Source of the DNA: an uncultured Aliarcobacter sp. | Lineage (GTDB): Bacteria; Campylobacterota; Campylobacteria; Campylobacterales; Arcobacteraceae | DNA length: 64,000 bases | Direction of reading: 5' to 3' | Assembly: GCA_963677435.1 (NCBI GenBank) | Contig: OY781945.1 | Location: 1,760,001 to 1,824,000 of the forward strand | In this document: positions 10,127-19,865 of the stretch, piece by piece | Position numbering within the stretch: the first letter of the stretch is position 1 | Layout of the letters: the number at the start of each line of letters is the position of its first letter | Program-made: the position numbers and the translations under genes | Notes under the pieces: generated by a model | Told to the model about the DNA's origin: nothing | Databases searched by the model: none | Seen by the model: only the letters and a program-made list of their open reading frames with translations

Positions 10127-11029
10127 CTAAAAGAAATCTATTTTATTTGTATCTTCTTCACTAAACATAAAAACTTGACTTCTTCCTCTGTTTCTAGCTT
10201 CATATAAAGCAATATCAGATTTTTTTATTATTTCATCTAATGTTGTTGCATTATCAGGATAAATTGAAACACCACCACATATAGTTTTCATTAGTATCTG
10301 TTTTGTTTGTTCATTTATTAAAACTTCTTTTTTACTGAAGTTTTCAATAAGTTTTTGTGATATCAGTATAGCATTGTTTTCATTAATTATATTCTGCAAT
10401 ATTACTAAAAATTCATCATTAGAAATTTTAATAACTAAATCAGATTCACGAATGCTATCTTTTAAAGTAGTAGCTAGTGCTTTTAAAACTTTGTCTCCAA
10501 CTTCATAATCAAATTCATCAATAACTGCTTTAAATTGGTCAATTCCAATTTTAATAAAGGCAATTTTCTTTTGTTCTCTATTTGAAATACTTAATAAATT
10601 CCCTGCATAATTATCTAAATAACATCGATTATATGAACCTGTTAAATGGTCAATTAAAGACATTTCATTTAGTGTTCTTTCCATGAATTTATTAAATAAT
10701 GATTGAGAGAAAATCAATAAAGACATTTGAATACTATCAAGATGAGTTTTTATTAATTCAAAATTTTCTTCATTTTGTGATAAAAAATGAAATATAATTG
10801 TAGTATCACAATTTTGTTGAAATTCTAAAGTGTTAACTAAATAATCTTCATCTTTTTGCGCACATAAAAATAAATTTTGAATATTATCATTTTTCTTTAT
10901 GTCAATTTGTAAAAAATTTATATTATGATGTAATTTCAAATAATCAAATATATTTAAACAACTCTTATCTAAATCTGTTAATTTTAACTTTTCATTTTCA
11001 TTAATTATTGTTTCACAAGAAAAATTCAT
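10127..11029 (-). CDS. Degenerate GGDEF-domain protein (SNDEF)
   Basis: DHLTGSYNR, KISNDEF, SDIALYEARNRGR. Confidence 0.85.
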   Translation of the reverse strand: MNFSCETIINENEKLKLTDLDKSCLNIFDYLKLHHNINFLQIDIKKNDNIQNLFLCAQKDEDYLVNTLEFQQNCDTTIIFHFLSQNEENFELIKTHLDSIQMSLLIFSQSLFNKFMERTLNEMSLIDHLTGSYNRCYLDNYAGNLLSISNREQKKIAFIKIGIDQFKAVIDEFDYEVGDKVLKALATTLKDSIRESDLVIKISNDEFLVILQNIINENNAILISQKLIENFSKKEVLINEQTKQILMKTICGGVSIYPDNATTLDEIIKKSDIALYEARNRGRSQVFMFSEEDTNKIDFF

Positions 11030-11044
11030 GAACTAAGGCCTTTA

Positions 11045-11638
11045 TTAAATATGTTTTTCCCACTGTTTTAGTGTTTGTATTTCACTTTTTAAAGTTGTTT
11101 TATCTCCATGGCCTGGATAAATATGGAAATCTTCATTCCATTGTAATATTTTATTTAAACTTCGTTTCATTAGTGTAGCATTTGAATTAGGAAAATCAAA
11201 TCTTCCAATAGTTCCTTTAAAAATGAAATCACCTGTAAAAAGATGTTTATCTATTTGTAATGCACTACATCCAGGAGTGTGTCCTGGAAAATGATGGAAT
11301 TTTATTTTTATTCCTTGAATTTCTATTTCTTCATCTGGATTTACTAAAATATCTGCATATGATGGAGGCATTCCTAATCCATAAGGATCAAGTGTTAACA
11401 TAAATTCATCATCTTTTGGAGTATATAATTTTATGTTATAGCTATCTTTTACTTCTTGATTAGACCAAACATGGTCAAAATGTCCATGGGTATTTAAAAC
11501 TGCAATTGGATTTTTTACATTTCTTTTAATCCAAGCATATGCATTTACACCTGGATCTATAATAATATCTTTATTGTCAAGGGTTACAATATAACAATTT
11601 GTTTGATAATCACCCATTGGTTGAACTTTTATATCCAT
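11045..11638 (-). CDS. MBL-fold metallo-hydrolase (glyoxalase II/YcbL-like)
   Basis: THGHFDH, PGHTPG, FTGD, PGHG motifs. Confidence 0.9.
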   Translation of the reverse strand: MDIKVQPMGDYQTNCYIVTLDNKDIIIDPGVNAYAWIKRNVKNPIAVLNTHGHFDHVWSNQEVKDSYNIKLYTPKDDEFMLTLDPYGLGMPPSYADILVNPDEEIEIQGIKIKFHHFPGHTPGCSALQIDKHLFTGDFIFKGTIGRFDFPNSNATLMKRSLNKILQWNEDFHIYPGHGDKTTLKSEIQTLKQWEKHI

Positions 11639-11692
11639 TTTTAACCTTACTTTGCTAAAATTCTATAGATTATATCAAAAAAGAGGTTATTT

Positions 11693-12511
11693 ATGGATTA
11701 TTTTTTATTTTTAGAGGATATATTACAAACAAGTAAGCCAAAAGAAAAAATAGAAAAGTTTCAAATCTTTTATAATAATTTTTTAAATGGAAACTATTTT
11801 ATGAGTGATTCTTATATACCCTATGAATTTACAAATCCTTCATATCACTCTTTTTTAGAAATTGTTAAGCCAACAAGCTTACCTGCAATAAAAAATTTCA
11901 AATCAATTGAAGGAAAAAAATATTTAGTTCACACAATTTTACATATTGAATATTCAGCAATTGATTTAGCTTTAGATGCAGCTCTTAGGTATAAAGATAT
12001 GCCAAAAAAATATTATGAAGATTGGTTAGAAGTTGCAAATGATGAAATAAGACATTTTTTAATGCTTGAAGAGTTATTAACTGAGCTTGGCGGAGTTTAT
12101 GGAGAATTTCCTGTACATAAAAATCTTTTTGAAGCGATGGAACAAACTCCTGAATTTTTACGAAGAATGGCTGCAGTTCCCCGATATCTTGAAGCAAATG
12201 GACTTGATCAAAATCCAAAAATAATGGAGAAGTTAAATTCAAATAGAGATGAATTTAATAATAAATTTTTGAAGGTTTTACAAATCATTTTAGATGAAGA
12301 AGTTGACCATGTAAAAAAAGGTGATAATTGGTTTAAGTATGAATGCAAAAGATTAAACTTAGAACCAGAATCTACATATTTACAAATTATTGAAGAAGTC
12401 TTTCCTGGAAGCACAAAAAGAAAAATGGATTTAAATTTTAATGCCAGAAAAGAAGCAGGTTTTTCTTGTAATGAGTTGAAATTTTTATCAAAAAAAGAAG
12501 ATTGTAACTAA
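11693..12511 (+). CDS. Ferritin-like DUF455 protein
   Basis: HIEYSAIDLA, DEIRHF, LEANGLD, EEVDHV carboxylate-His diiron motifs. Confidence 0.85.
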   Translation: MDYFLFLEDILQTSKPKEKIEKFQIFYNNFLNGNYFMSDSYIPYEFTNPSYHSFLEIVKPTSLPAIKNFKSIEGKKYLVHTILHIEYSAIDLALDAALRYKDMPKKYYEDWLEVANDEIRHFLMLEELLTELGGVYGEFPVHKNLFEAMEQTPEFLRRMAAVPRYLEANGLDQNPKIMEKLNSNRDEFNNKFLKVLQIILDEEVDHVKKGDNWFKYECKRLNLEPESTYLQIIEEVFPGSTKRKMDLNFNARKEAGFSCNELKFLSKKEDCN

Positions 12512-13161
12512 TGATAACTTCAAATATTGACTCTATCCTGTCAAAAATTTCAACTACAAATATTACAAGTACAGGAGTATCTTCCAATGGATTTTTAAAT
12601 AATTTAATTACTAATTCAACTGCATCTACGCGAACAAATGCTTTAAGCTATGAAAATATAAAAGGTATCTCTTTAGAAGAGATTGATACTTTATTTGTAA
12701 ATGAAAATGATAAAAGTATGGCAAAAAATCTAAGACTTGCAACACTTTTTTCAAGTGATGAGTATTTATCTAAAGCTTTATTTAATACGGTTTTAGGAAA
12801 ACCTTTTAATCTTGGTTATTCATATTTAAGTAGCACTTATGAAGATAAAAATATGTTTTTATCTTCATCAAATGATAGTTTAGCTGATTTACTTCATCAA
12901 GCAATAAGCCAAAAAATAGATGATCCAAATTCAACAGATGTTATTTCTCAAGATAAATTAGATGAAATTCTGACAAAAGTCAACTCTTTTAATTTTATAA
13001 GTGCATTGTCAAATAGCTCAAAAAAAGGTTATGATAAATATAAAGACGAAAAAAATGATTATTCGTTTTTATATAATGACTACAACTTAAAATATCAAGA
13101 GTTAGTTTATAAGTATCAAGAATTAGAAAATATAAACAAAAACTTGATAAAACAATTTTAA
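12511..13161 (+). CDS. Hypothetical protein with Ser/Thr/Asn-rich N-terminus
   Basis: 216-aa ORF coupled to the upstream gene (TAATG). Confidence 0.65.
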   Translation: MITSNIDSILSKISTTNITSTGVSSNGFLNNLITNSTASTRTNALSYENIKGISLEEIDTLFVNENDKSMAKNLRLATLFSSDEYLSKALFNTVLGKPFNLGYSYLSSTYEDKNMFLSSSNDSLADLLHQAISQKIDDPNSTDVISQDKLDEILTKVNSFNFISALSNSSKKGYDKYKDEKNDYSFLYNDYNLKYQELVYKYQELENINKNLIKQF

Positions 13162-13751
13162 TAAATATTAATTGTTAGCATAGCTTTTAATATACCATCT
13201 TCTTCTATCATTTTTAAATTTGAACCAATTCTATGAGTAGATAAATTTCCTTCAATAGTTTGAAGTATATGCCAAAATCTTTCATTAAAAGGAGTATCAA
13301 GTTCTTTTATTTTGTATTTTAGGATTATTTCAACAATAGTTTCAATGCAATGAAAATAAAATATTTTATTTTTTGCCCTTTGAGTTTTATATTTTCTCAT
13401 TAGTTTTAAATTAGCAATAAAAGTATCTTTTTCTATTTTTGATAAAAGTTTTCTATTTTCAACTTCATCTTCTTCAATATCTAAATGTTTTGAATAAGAC
13501 TCTATCTCTTTATTCATAACTTCTTCTAAATCTGGATGAAATTTTAAAAGTACATTTAAAATTTCATTGGGAGTTAAAGGATTTTCATTTATTTGATGAG
13601 AATACTTCTTTTTTTGTTCATAAGTATGATCAATAGCATTTAATATATCAACTGCAAAAGATAAATAAATAAATTTATCTTCTTTCCCATCTTTAAATGA
13701 AACACCATGTTCACTAATAACTGGTTTTAATCCTGCATATTCTAGTTTCAA
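13158..13751 (-). CDS. Hypothetical protein
   Basis: 197-aa ORF with AAGGA RBS directly after trpB. Confidence 0.7.
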   Translation of the reverse strand: MKLEYAGLKPVISEHGVSFKDGKEDKFIYLSFAVDILNAIDHTYEQKKKYSHQINENPLTPNEILNVLLKFHPDLEEVMNKEIESYSKHLDIEEDEVENRKLLSKIEKDTFIANLKLMRKYKTQRAKNKIFYFHCIETIVEIILKYKIKELDTPFNERFWHILQTIEGNLSTHRIGSNLKMIEEDGILKAMLTINIY

Positions 13752-13767
13752 TTTTTTCCTTTTTAAT

Positions 13768-14985
13768 TTAAAATTTAGCGTTAGGAATAGGGTAGTTCTC
13801 TATTACAAAATCAATATCTTTATCACCACGACCACTAAGACTTATTAGAATTGTTTTATCTTTTGGAAGTGTTTTTGCCAATTTCATAGCAAAACCAACT
13901 GCATGAGCTGATTCAAGAGCTGGAATTATTCCCTCAAGTTGAGAAAGCTTATAAAAAGCATCAACTGCTTCATTGTCATTGCAAAGTCCAACTTTACTTC
14001 TTCCTATTTCTTTTAAATAAGCATGTTCAGGACCAACGCTAGGATAATCAATTCCACTTCCAATTGAATAAACAGGGGCTGGATTTCCATCTTTGTCTTT
14101 TAGCATAATCGAGTTAAATCCGTGCATGATTCCCTCTTCACCATAAGTTAAACTTGCACTATGTTCACCAATCTTATCACCTTTTCCCATTGGTTCTACT
14201 CCATAAAGATTTACCTCTTTATCATCTATGAATCCTGAAAATAACCCCATAGCATTACTTCCACCACCAACGCAAGCTATAACATTATCAGGAAGTCTGT
14301 TTTCATGTTCAAAAAATTGCTCACGAGATTCAAATCCAATTACACTTTGGAAGTCTCTAACCATCATAGGAAAGGGATGAGGACCAACAACAGAACCAAT
14401 ACAATAAATAGAGTTTTCAGTGTCAGCTAAATATGCTTCAAAAGCAGAATCTACAGCTTCTTTTAAAGTTTTAAGACCATGAGTTGCTGGAACAACTTTT
14501 GCTCCTAGAATTTTCATTCTAACTACATTTGGATGCTCTTTTTTAATATCAACTTCACCCATGTGAATTTCACACTCTAAACCAAAATATGCAGCTGCAG
14601 TTGCTAAGGCAACACCATGTTGACCAGCACCAGTTTCAGCGATTACTTTTTTCTTTCCAAGATATTTTGCAAGGATTACTTCAGCCATACAGTGATTTAG
14701 TTTATGTGCACCTGTATGATTTAAATCTTCTCTTTTTAGGTAGATTTTAGCTCCAGCACAATATTCTGTCAAATTTTTTGCAAAAGAAATAGGAGTAGGT
14801 CGTCCTTGATAGTGCTTTCTTACATATTTTAGCTCTTCTATAAATTTAGGAGAGTTTTTTAACTCTAAATAAGCTTTTGTGATTTCAGCAAAAGGTTTTT
14901 CTAAAACAGGAGGAATAAATGAACCTCCAAACTTACCAAAAAAACCGTTAGCATCAGGATGAGATTCTAAATAAGATTCACTCAT
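13768..14985 (-). CDS. trpB: Tryptophan synthase beta subunit
   Basis: [12 protein letters not shown] (PLP lysine), [31 protein letters not shown]. Confidence 0.95.
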   Translation of the reverse strand: MSESYLESHPDANGFFGKFGGSFIPPVLEKPFAEITKAYLELKNSPKFIEELKYVRKHYQGRPTPISFAKNLTEYCAGAKIYLKREDLNHTGAHKLNHCMAEVILAKYLGKKKVIAETGAGQHGVALATAAAYFGLECEIHMGEVDIKKEHPNVVRMKILGAKVVPATHGLKTLKEAVDSAFEAYLADTENSIYCIGSVVGPHPFPMMVRDFQSVIGFESREQFFEHENRLPDNVIACVGGGSNAMGLFSGFIDDKEVNLYGVEPMGKGDKIGEHSASLTYGEEGIMHGFNSIMLKDKDGNPAPVYSIGSGIDYPSVGPEHAYLKEIGRSKVGLCNDNEAVDAFYKLSQLEGIIPALESAHAVGFAMKLAKTLPKDKTILISLSGRGDKDIDFVIENYPIPNAKF

Positions 14986-15059
14986 ATATTAATTCCTTCT
15001 ATGAAAAATAACTATAAATTCAAAATAGCAAGTATTATAATCAATTGCTTTTTAATTCA

Positions 15060-17783
15060 TTATGAAAAAGGTAAAATTATTTTAACATTTGTACAATTAT
15101 CAAAGAACTTATCATTAAATTTATGAGAAACATTCGTGATTTTAATCTCTCCATTCATACTTGAAGTGATAATTTTATGAGTCATATACAATCCTAATCC
15201 TGTACCTTGACTTTTATGTTTAGTTGTAAAATAAGGTTCAAATATTTTATCTAAAATAGATTCTTTAATTCCTCCTGCATTATCAATTATTTCAATAATA
15301 ATTTTTTCAGCTTCTTTGAATGTTTTAATATGAATATATCTATGTGTTTTTTCTACTTCCAATAGAGCATCTTTTGCATTATTTAAAATATTTAGTAAAG
15401 CTTGATTTAATTCATTTTCATAACTATTTATAAATAATCCATTATTTAAATCCAAAATAATATTTATATCATGGTTTCTAAAAGAACCTTGTACCATACT
15501 AAGTATTTTATGAATACTTGAATTAGTATCAAACTCTTTTTTTGTTTTATCTTCTTTTAGATAATTTTGAAAATCATCAATAGTTTGTGATAAAAACATG
15601 GTTGTATTTGTAATATTATCTATAGTTTCATTGAAAGTCTTATCATCTAATTGCTCAAACTCTTTTTGTATTTTCATTCCTGAAGCAGCTGTAGATATTA
15701 AACTTAATGGTTGTCTCCATTGATGGGCAATATTTCCCATCATTTCTCCTAAACTAGCCATTTTTGATTGTTGTATTAGTAGGTTTTCTCTATTTTTTAT
15801 TTCACTCATATCTATAATTGATAAGATAATTGATTCTTGATTCTCAAAAATTACTTTTTTCGATTTAATAAGAATAGGGAATTTCTTTTCAAAATTCTTT
15901 AATCCAAAAATTTCATAAGTTTGTGAATCAGAGTTTTTTATAATATCTTCAAAAGAGATTGTATTATTTGTAAGAAATAAATTAGAGAAAGGTCTATTTA
16001 AAAGCGTTTTATTATCAAGATTAAATATTTTTAAAACTTCGTCATTATAATAAATAATTTCATTATCACTAACTATTATAATCCCTTCAATAGTTAGATT
16101 AACTAAACTTCTAAAAGTTTTAAGTGTATTTTCTAATTCACTTTTGGTATTTTTTAGTTTCTTTTGATAACTTATTAATTGTCTATTTTTGTAAAGAACT
16201 GAAAGTATAATTAGAATTAATGGTAAAAAATATTTCCATAATACTGAATAATCAAAAGCTTGAGTATATTCAAGTTTTAACCATTTATTATAAATCTGAC
16301 TTTTATCATTTGGACTCATTCTTTCTAAAACTTTATTAACTATTGATTGTAAAACTTCGTAATCATCTCTTACCATCATTTGTAAATTAAAATCAATTCC
16401 TGTGCTTCCTGAAATTTTAACATTGCTATAAGCATATTTTTGGATATTGTGAGTTAAAACTGGTAAATTATCAATAAGTGCATATATCTCATTATTTGAC
16501 AAAAGAGATAAACCTTCTTCAATATTACTTACTAAAACAAAATCCATAGTTGGATACTCTTTTTGCAATATTTTATATGCCGTATAATTTTTACCAACAC
16601 CAACTTTTTTTCCAAGAAGATATGATGGATCAGGAATATAGTTTTTATCTTGTAAAGTTGCTATTCCTATTGGAGCTTTGTAATATATCTCAGAAAATAG
16701 AGCATATTTTTCTCTATCTGGTGTTTTTGAAGTTGCTATTATTATATCGCTAGTTTTATCTTTAATACTATCAAGAGCAGTAGAAAAAGATTTTTTTATT
16801 ATTATTTTAGTTTTTAAATTTGCTTTATCTGCAATATATTGCCAGAAATCATAACCTAAACCATAAGCTCTATTATTTTCAACAAAATTTATTGGTGCCC
16901 AATTATCAGTAAAAGCTAAATTTATAGTTGTATTTCTTATAAAATCTAACTCTTTTTGTGAAAAAGATATATTTTGTTTATCATTTAACCATTTATTATT
17001 TAGTGCATCAATTTCAGATAAGGAAATCTTCTTTATAGCTTTATTTATAATTTGAACAAGAATAGGGAGCTCTTTGTTTACACCAATATATAATTTATTA
17101 TCAATACTATTTATATTAACTTTTGTTAGTACTTTTAAAGAATCACTATATTTATCATTTATAAAGTAGCTAGCAACTAAAGTACTTTGAATTGTTGCAT
17201 CACATTCATTATTTTTAATACTTTCAAAAACTTTATCTAAGCTATCATATTCAACTACATTTATTTTTTTATAGTTTTTTATTAAAAGTTTAGTAGCATT
17301 CCAATTCTTTACCATGGCAACTTTTTTACCTGATAAATCATCTATATTTATAAAATCAAATTTGTTCTTTTTTGTGATAATCGAAAATTCTTGAGTAAAA
17401 TAAGAGTTTGTAAAATTAAAGATTTCTTCTCTTTTTTTACTATAACCTAGAATAGGAAAAACATCAATTTCTCCATTTGAAAACCTTGATATTAAACTAT
17501 CCCAGTTATCATTTATGAAAACAGGTTCTATCCCAATTTTCGCAAAAATAAGTTTTGTATAATCAATAGCATAACCTTTAGCTTGATTATTCTCATTATA
17601 ATCTAAAGGTATCCAGTCATTTTCATTTGCTAAATTTAATGTTTTGTGAGTATTAATAAATTCTAATTCTTCTTGTGTAAAATCATTATTTATATTAGTA
17701 GTGTTTTGATTGGTTAAAGTATTAGTAGTGTTAGATAAAAGTAAATTATGTAAGAAAAAAAGTAATAGAAGAAATTTATACAT
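15060..17783 (-). CDS. Orphan sensor histidine kinase (two PBPb domains, TM, PAS-like, HK)
   Basis: NIAHQWRQPL, DNAGG, FEPYFTTK, GTGLGL; same architecture as 1616..4423. Confidence 0.9.
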   Translation of the reverse strand: MYKFLLLLFFLHNLLLSNTTNTLTNQNTTNINNDFTQEELEFINTHKTLNLANENDWIPLDYNENNQAKGYAIDYTKLIFAKIGIEPVFINDNWDSLISRFSNGEIDVFPILGYSKKREEIFNFTNSYFTQEFSIITKKNKFDFINIDDLSGKKVAMVKNWNATKLLIKNYKKINVVEYDSLDKVFESIKNNECDATIQSTLVASYFINDKYSDSLKVLTKVNINSIDNKLYIGVNKELPILVQIINKAIKKISLSEIDALNNKWLNDKQNISFSQKELDFIRNTTINLAFTDNWAPINFVENNRAYGLGYDFWQYIADKANLKTKIIIKKSFSTALDSIKDKTSDIIIATSKTPDREKYALFSEIYYKAPIGIATLQDKNYIPDPSYLLGKKVGVGKNYTAYKILQKEYPTMDFVLVSNIEEGLSLLSNNEIYALIDNLPVLTHNIQKYAYSNVKISGSTGIDFNLQMMVRDDYEVLQSIVNKVLERMSPNDKSQIYNKWLKLEYTQAFDYSVLWKYFLPLILIILSVLYKNRQLISYQKKLKNTKSELENTLKTFRSLVNLTIEGIIIVSDNEIIYYNDEVLKIFNLDNKTLLNRPFSNLFLTNNTISFEDIIKNSDSQTYEIFGLKNFEKKFPILIKSKKVIFENQESIILSIIDMSEIKNRENLLIQQSKMASLGEMMGNIAHQWRQPLSLISTAASGMKIQKEFEQLDDKTFNETIDNITNTTMFLSQTIDDFQNYLKEDKTKKEFDTNSSIHKILSMVQGSFRNHDINIILDLNNGLFINSYENELNQALLNILNNAKDALLEVEKTHRYIHIKTFKEAEKIIIEIIDNAGGIKESILDKIFEPYFTTKHKSQGTGLGLYMTHKIITSSMNGEIKITNVSHKFNDKFFDNCTNVKIILPFS

Positions 17784-17843
17784 TGTTGAGTCCTACCTCA
17801 GTATTTTCTTCTTGATTATACTGAGATAAGTATTATAAAGTAT

Positions 17844-18968
17844 TTAGCTAAACCACTTTTTAACTTTATCAAACATATTTTCAAAGTTTTTTTCGTGAGG
17901 TTTACTCTCTATTCCAAAACTCTCTTGAAGTTTTTCTAGAAGTTCTTTTTGTTCATCATTTAATGCTTTTGGATATTCGATTTTAATTTGTACAACTAAA
18001 TTTCCTTTTCCATAACCTTGAACAGATTTAACACCTTCACCTTTAAAAGTAAATTGTTGTTTATCTTTTGCATTTTTTGGAATTTCAAGTTCAACTTCAC
18101 CTCTTAGTGTAGGAACTGTTATCTTACCACCAAGTGCAATTTGTGTGAAGAAAATTGGAGCTTCGTAATAAATATCATCATCATGTCTTACAAAATGAGA
18201 GTCTTCTTTTACTTTTACTTGTAAATATAAATCTCCTCTTGAGCCATCAGGCGCAATATTTCCTTTTTGAGAAACTCTAATTCTCATTCCATCATTTACA
18301 CCTTCAGGTATATCAACTTTGAAACTATCTTTTACTTCATCATAACCACTTCCACCACATGATTTACATGAAGCTGCGGCTGCTTGTCCTGTTCCACCAC
18401 ATTTTGGACAAGTTTGAGCAAATGTCATAAAACCTTGTCTTGCATGAACTTGACCTTGTCCATTACAAGTAGTACAAGTTGCTAATTTCCCATCTTTTGC
18501 ACCAGTTCCAGAACACGATTTACAAGCAGTTTTATATTTATAACTTATATCTTTTTTACATCCAAATACAGCTTCATTAAACTCTAATTTTACTTCAACT
18601 GTAACATCAAGATTATAGTTGTAAGTTTTTCTTTGTCTTCTTCCTCTAGAACCACCACCAAAGGCACTTCCAAACATCTCTTCAAAAACAGAACTTAAGT
18701 CATCAAAACCACCAGAGAATCCACCACCTCTTTGTCCATGACCATCAAGTCCAGCTTTTCCATATCTATCATAAATAGCTCTTTTTTCTTCATCACTTAA
18801 TACTTGATAAGCTTCATTTATAGCTTTGAATCTCTCTTCTGCTTCATTATCACCTGGATTTTTGTCAGGATGATACTTCATAGCCATCTGTCTATAAGCT
18901 TTTTTGATTGTACTTTTATCTGAACTTTTACTAACTTCTAGTAATTCGTAATAATCAATTTCAGTCAA
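17844..18968 (-). CDS. dnaJ: Chaperone DnaJ
   Basis: J domain with HPD, G/F region and four CxxCxGxG repeats. Confidence 0.97.
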   Translation of the reverse strand: MTEIDYYELLEVSKSSDKSTIKKAYRQMAMKYHPDKNPGDNEAEERFKAINEAYQVLSDEEKRAIYDRYGKAGLDGHGQRGGGFSGGFDDLSSVFEEMFGSAFGGGSRGRRQRKTYNYNLDVTVEVKLEFNEAVFGCKKDISYKYKTACKSCSGTGAKDGKLATCTTCNGQGQVHARQGFMTFAQTCPKCGGTGQAAAASCKSCGGSGYDEVKDSFKVDIPEGVNDGMRIRVSQKGNIAPDGSRGDLYLQVKVKEDSHFVRHDDDIYYEAPIFFTQIALGGKITVPTLRGEVELEIPKNAKDKQQFTFKGEGVKSVQGYGKGNLVVQIKIEYPKALNDEQKELLEKLQESFGIESKPHEKNFENMFDKVKKWFS

Positions 18969-19098
18969 TTCTATCCCCTTAAAAAATATTTGAATTAATG
19001 TAAGTCGCGATTTTATCTAAAACTTAATAAATATTGATTGAATTAAATAGAATCATAGTTTTATTTAATTTATTAAAAATCTTAGATATAATCCTGCT

Positions 19099-19671
19099 AT
19101 GAATAAAGGACTAGAAAAATTTTACGAACTTGTTGAAGCATTTGAATCTTTACCTACTATTGGAAAAAAATCAGCTCTTAGACTTGCTTATCACATTGTT
19201 ATGAATGACAATTATTGTGGGATTAAAATAGCTCATAGTATAGAGAGTGCACTTAAAAATATTACTAAGTGTGTTCGTTGTGGTTCTATGAGTGAGCATG
19301 AAATTTGCGAGGTTTGTTTAGATGAATCAAGGGATAATACAAAACTTTGTATTGTTCAAAGTGCTAAAGATATTTTTGTTATTGAAGACTCACGTCAGTT
19401 TGATGGAAAATATTTTGTAATAGAAGAGTTAGACCTTGAAGTATTGGATTCTTTACATAAATTCATAAATGATAATGAAGTTGAGAATATATTGTTTGCG
19501 ATAACTCCATCTATTGCAAATGATGCGTTTATTTTATTTATTGAAGATAAGTTAAAAAATCACAATATAAAATTTACAAAAATTGCCCAAGGCGTACCAA
19601 CGGGTGTTAGCTTAGAAAATGTAGATATTCTATCCCTTTCAAAAGCTATACAAAGTAAAGTAGAAATTTAA
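19099..19671 (+). CDS. recR: Recombination mediator RecR
   Basis: LPTIGKKSALRLA HhH, C4 zinc finger, IAQGVPTG Toprim end. Confidence 0.95.
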   Translation: MNKGLEKFYELVEAFESLPTIGKKSALRLAYHIVMNDNYCGIKIAHSIESALKNITKCVRCGSMSEHEICEVCLDESRDNTKLCIVQSAKDIFVIEDSRQFDGKYFVIEELDLEVLDSLHKFINDNEVENILFAITPSIANDAFILFIEDKLKNHNIKFTKIAQGVPTGVSLENVDILSLSKAIQSKVEI

Positions 19672-19686
19672 AATTAGAACAAGAGT

Positions 19687-19860
19687 ATGGAAAAAAGAAT
19701 AGTTTGTCAAAAGTGTATTTATTATTTTGTAACTTGGGAAGCTGGGCAACCTCATGGATGTAAATCTTATGGATTTAAATCAAGACTTCTTCCTTCAATA
19801 GTGGTTAAAAATTCAAGTGGTCATCCTTGCAATTTTTTTGTAGAAAAAAATAGACAGTAG
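19687..19860 (+). CDS. 57-aa Cys-rich protein missing from the ORF track
   Basis: Translated by hand: MEKRIVCQKCIYYFVTWEAGQPHGCKSYGFKSRLLPSIVVKNSSGHPCNFFVEKNRQ; fills the recR-kinase gap. Confidence 0.75.
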   Translation: MEKRIVCQKCIYYFVTWEAGQPHGCKSYGFKSRLLPSIVVKNSSGHPCNFFVEKNRQ

Positions 19861-19865
19861 GATAA

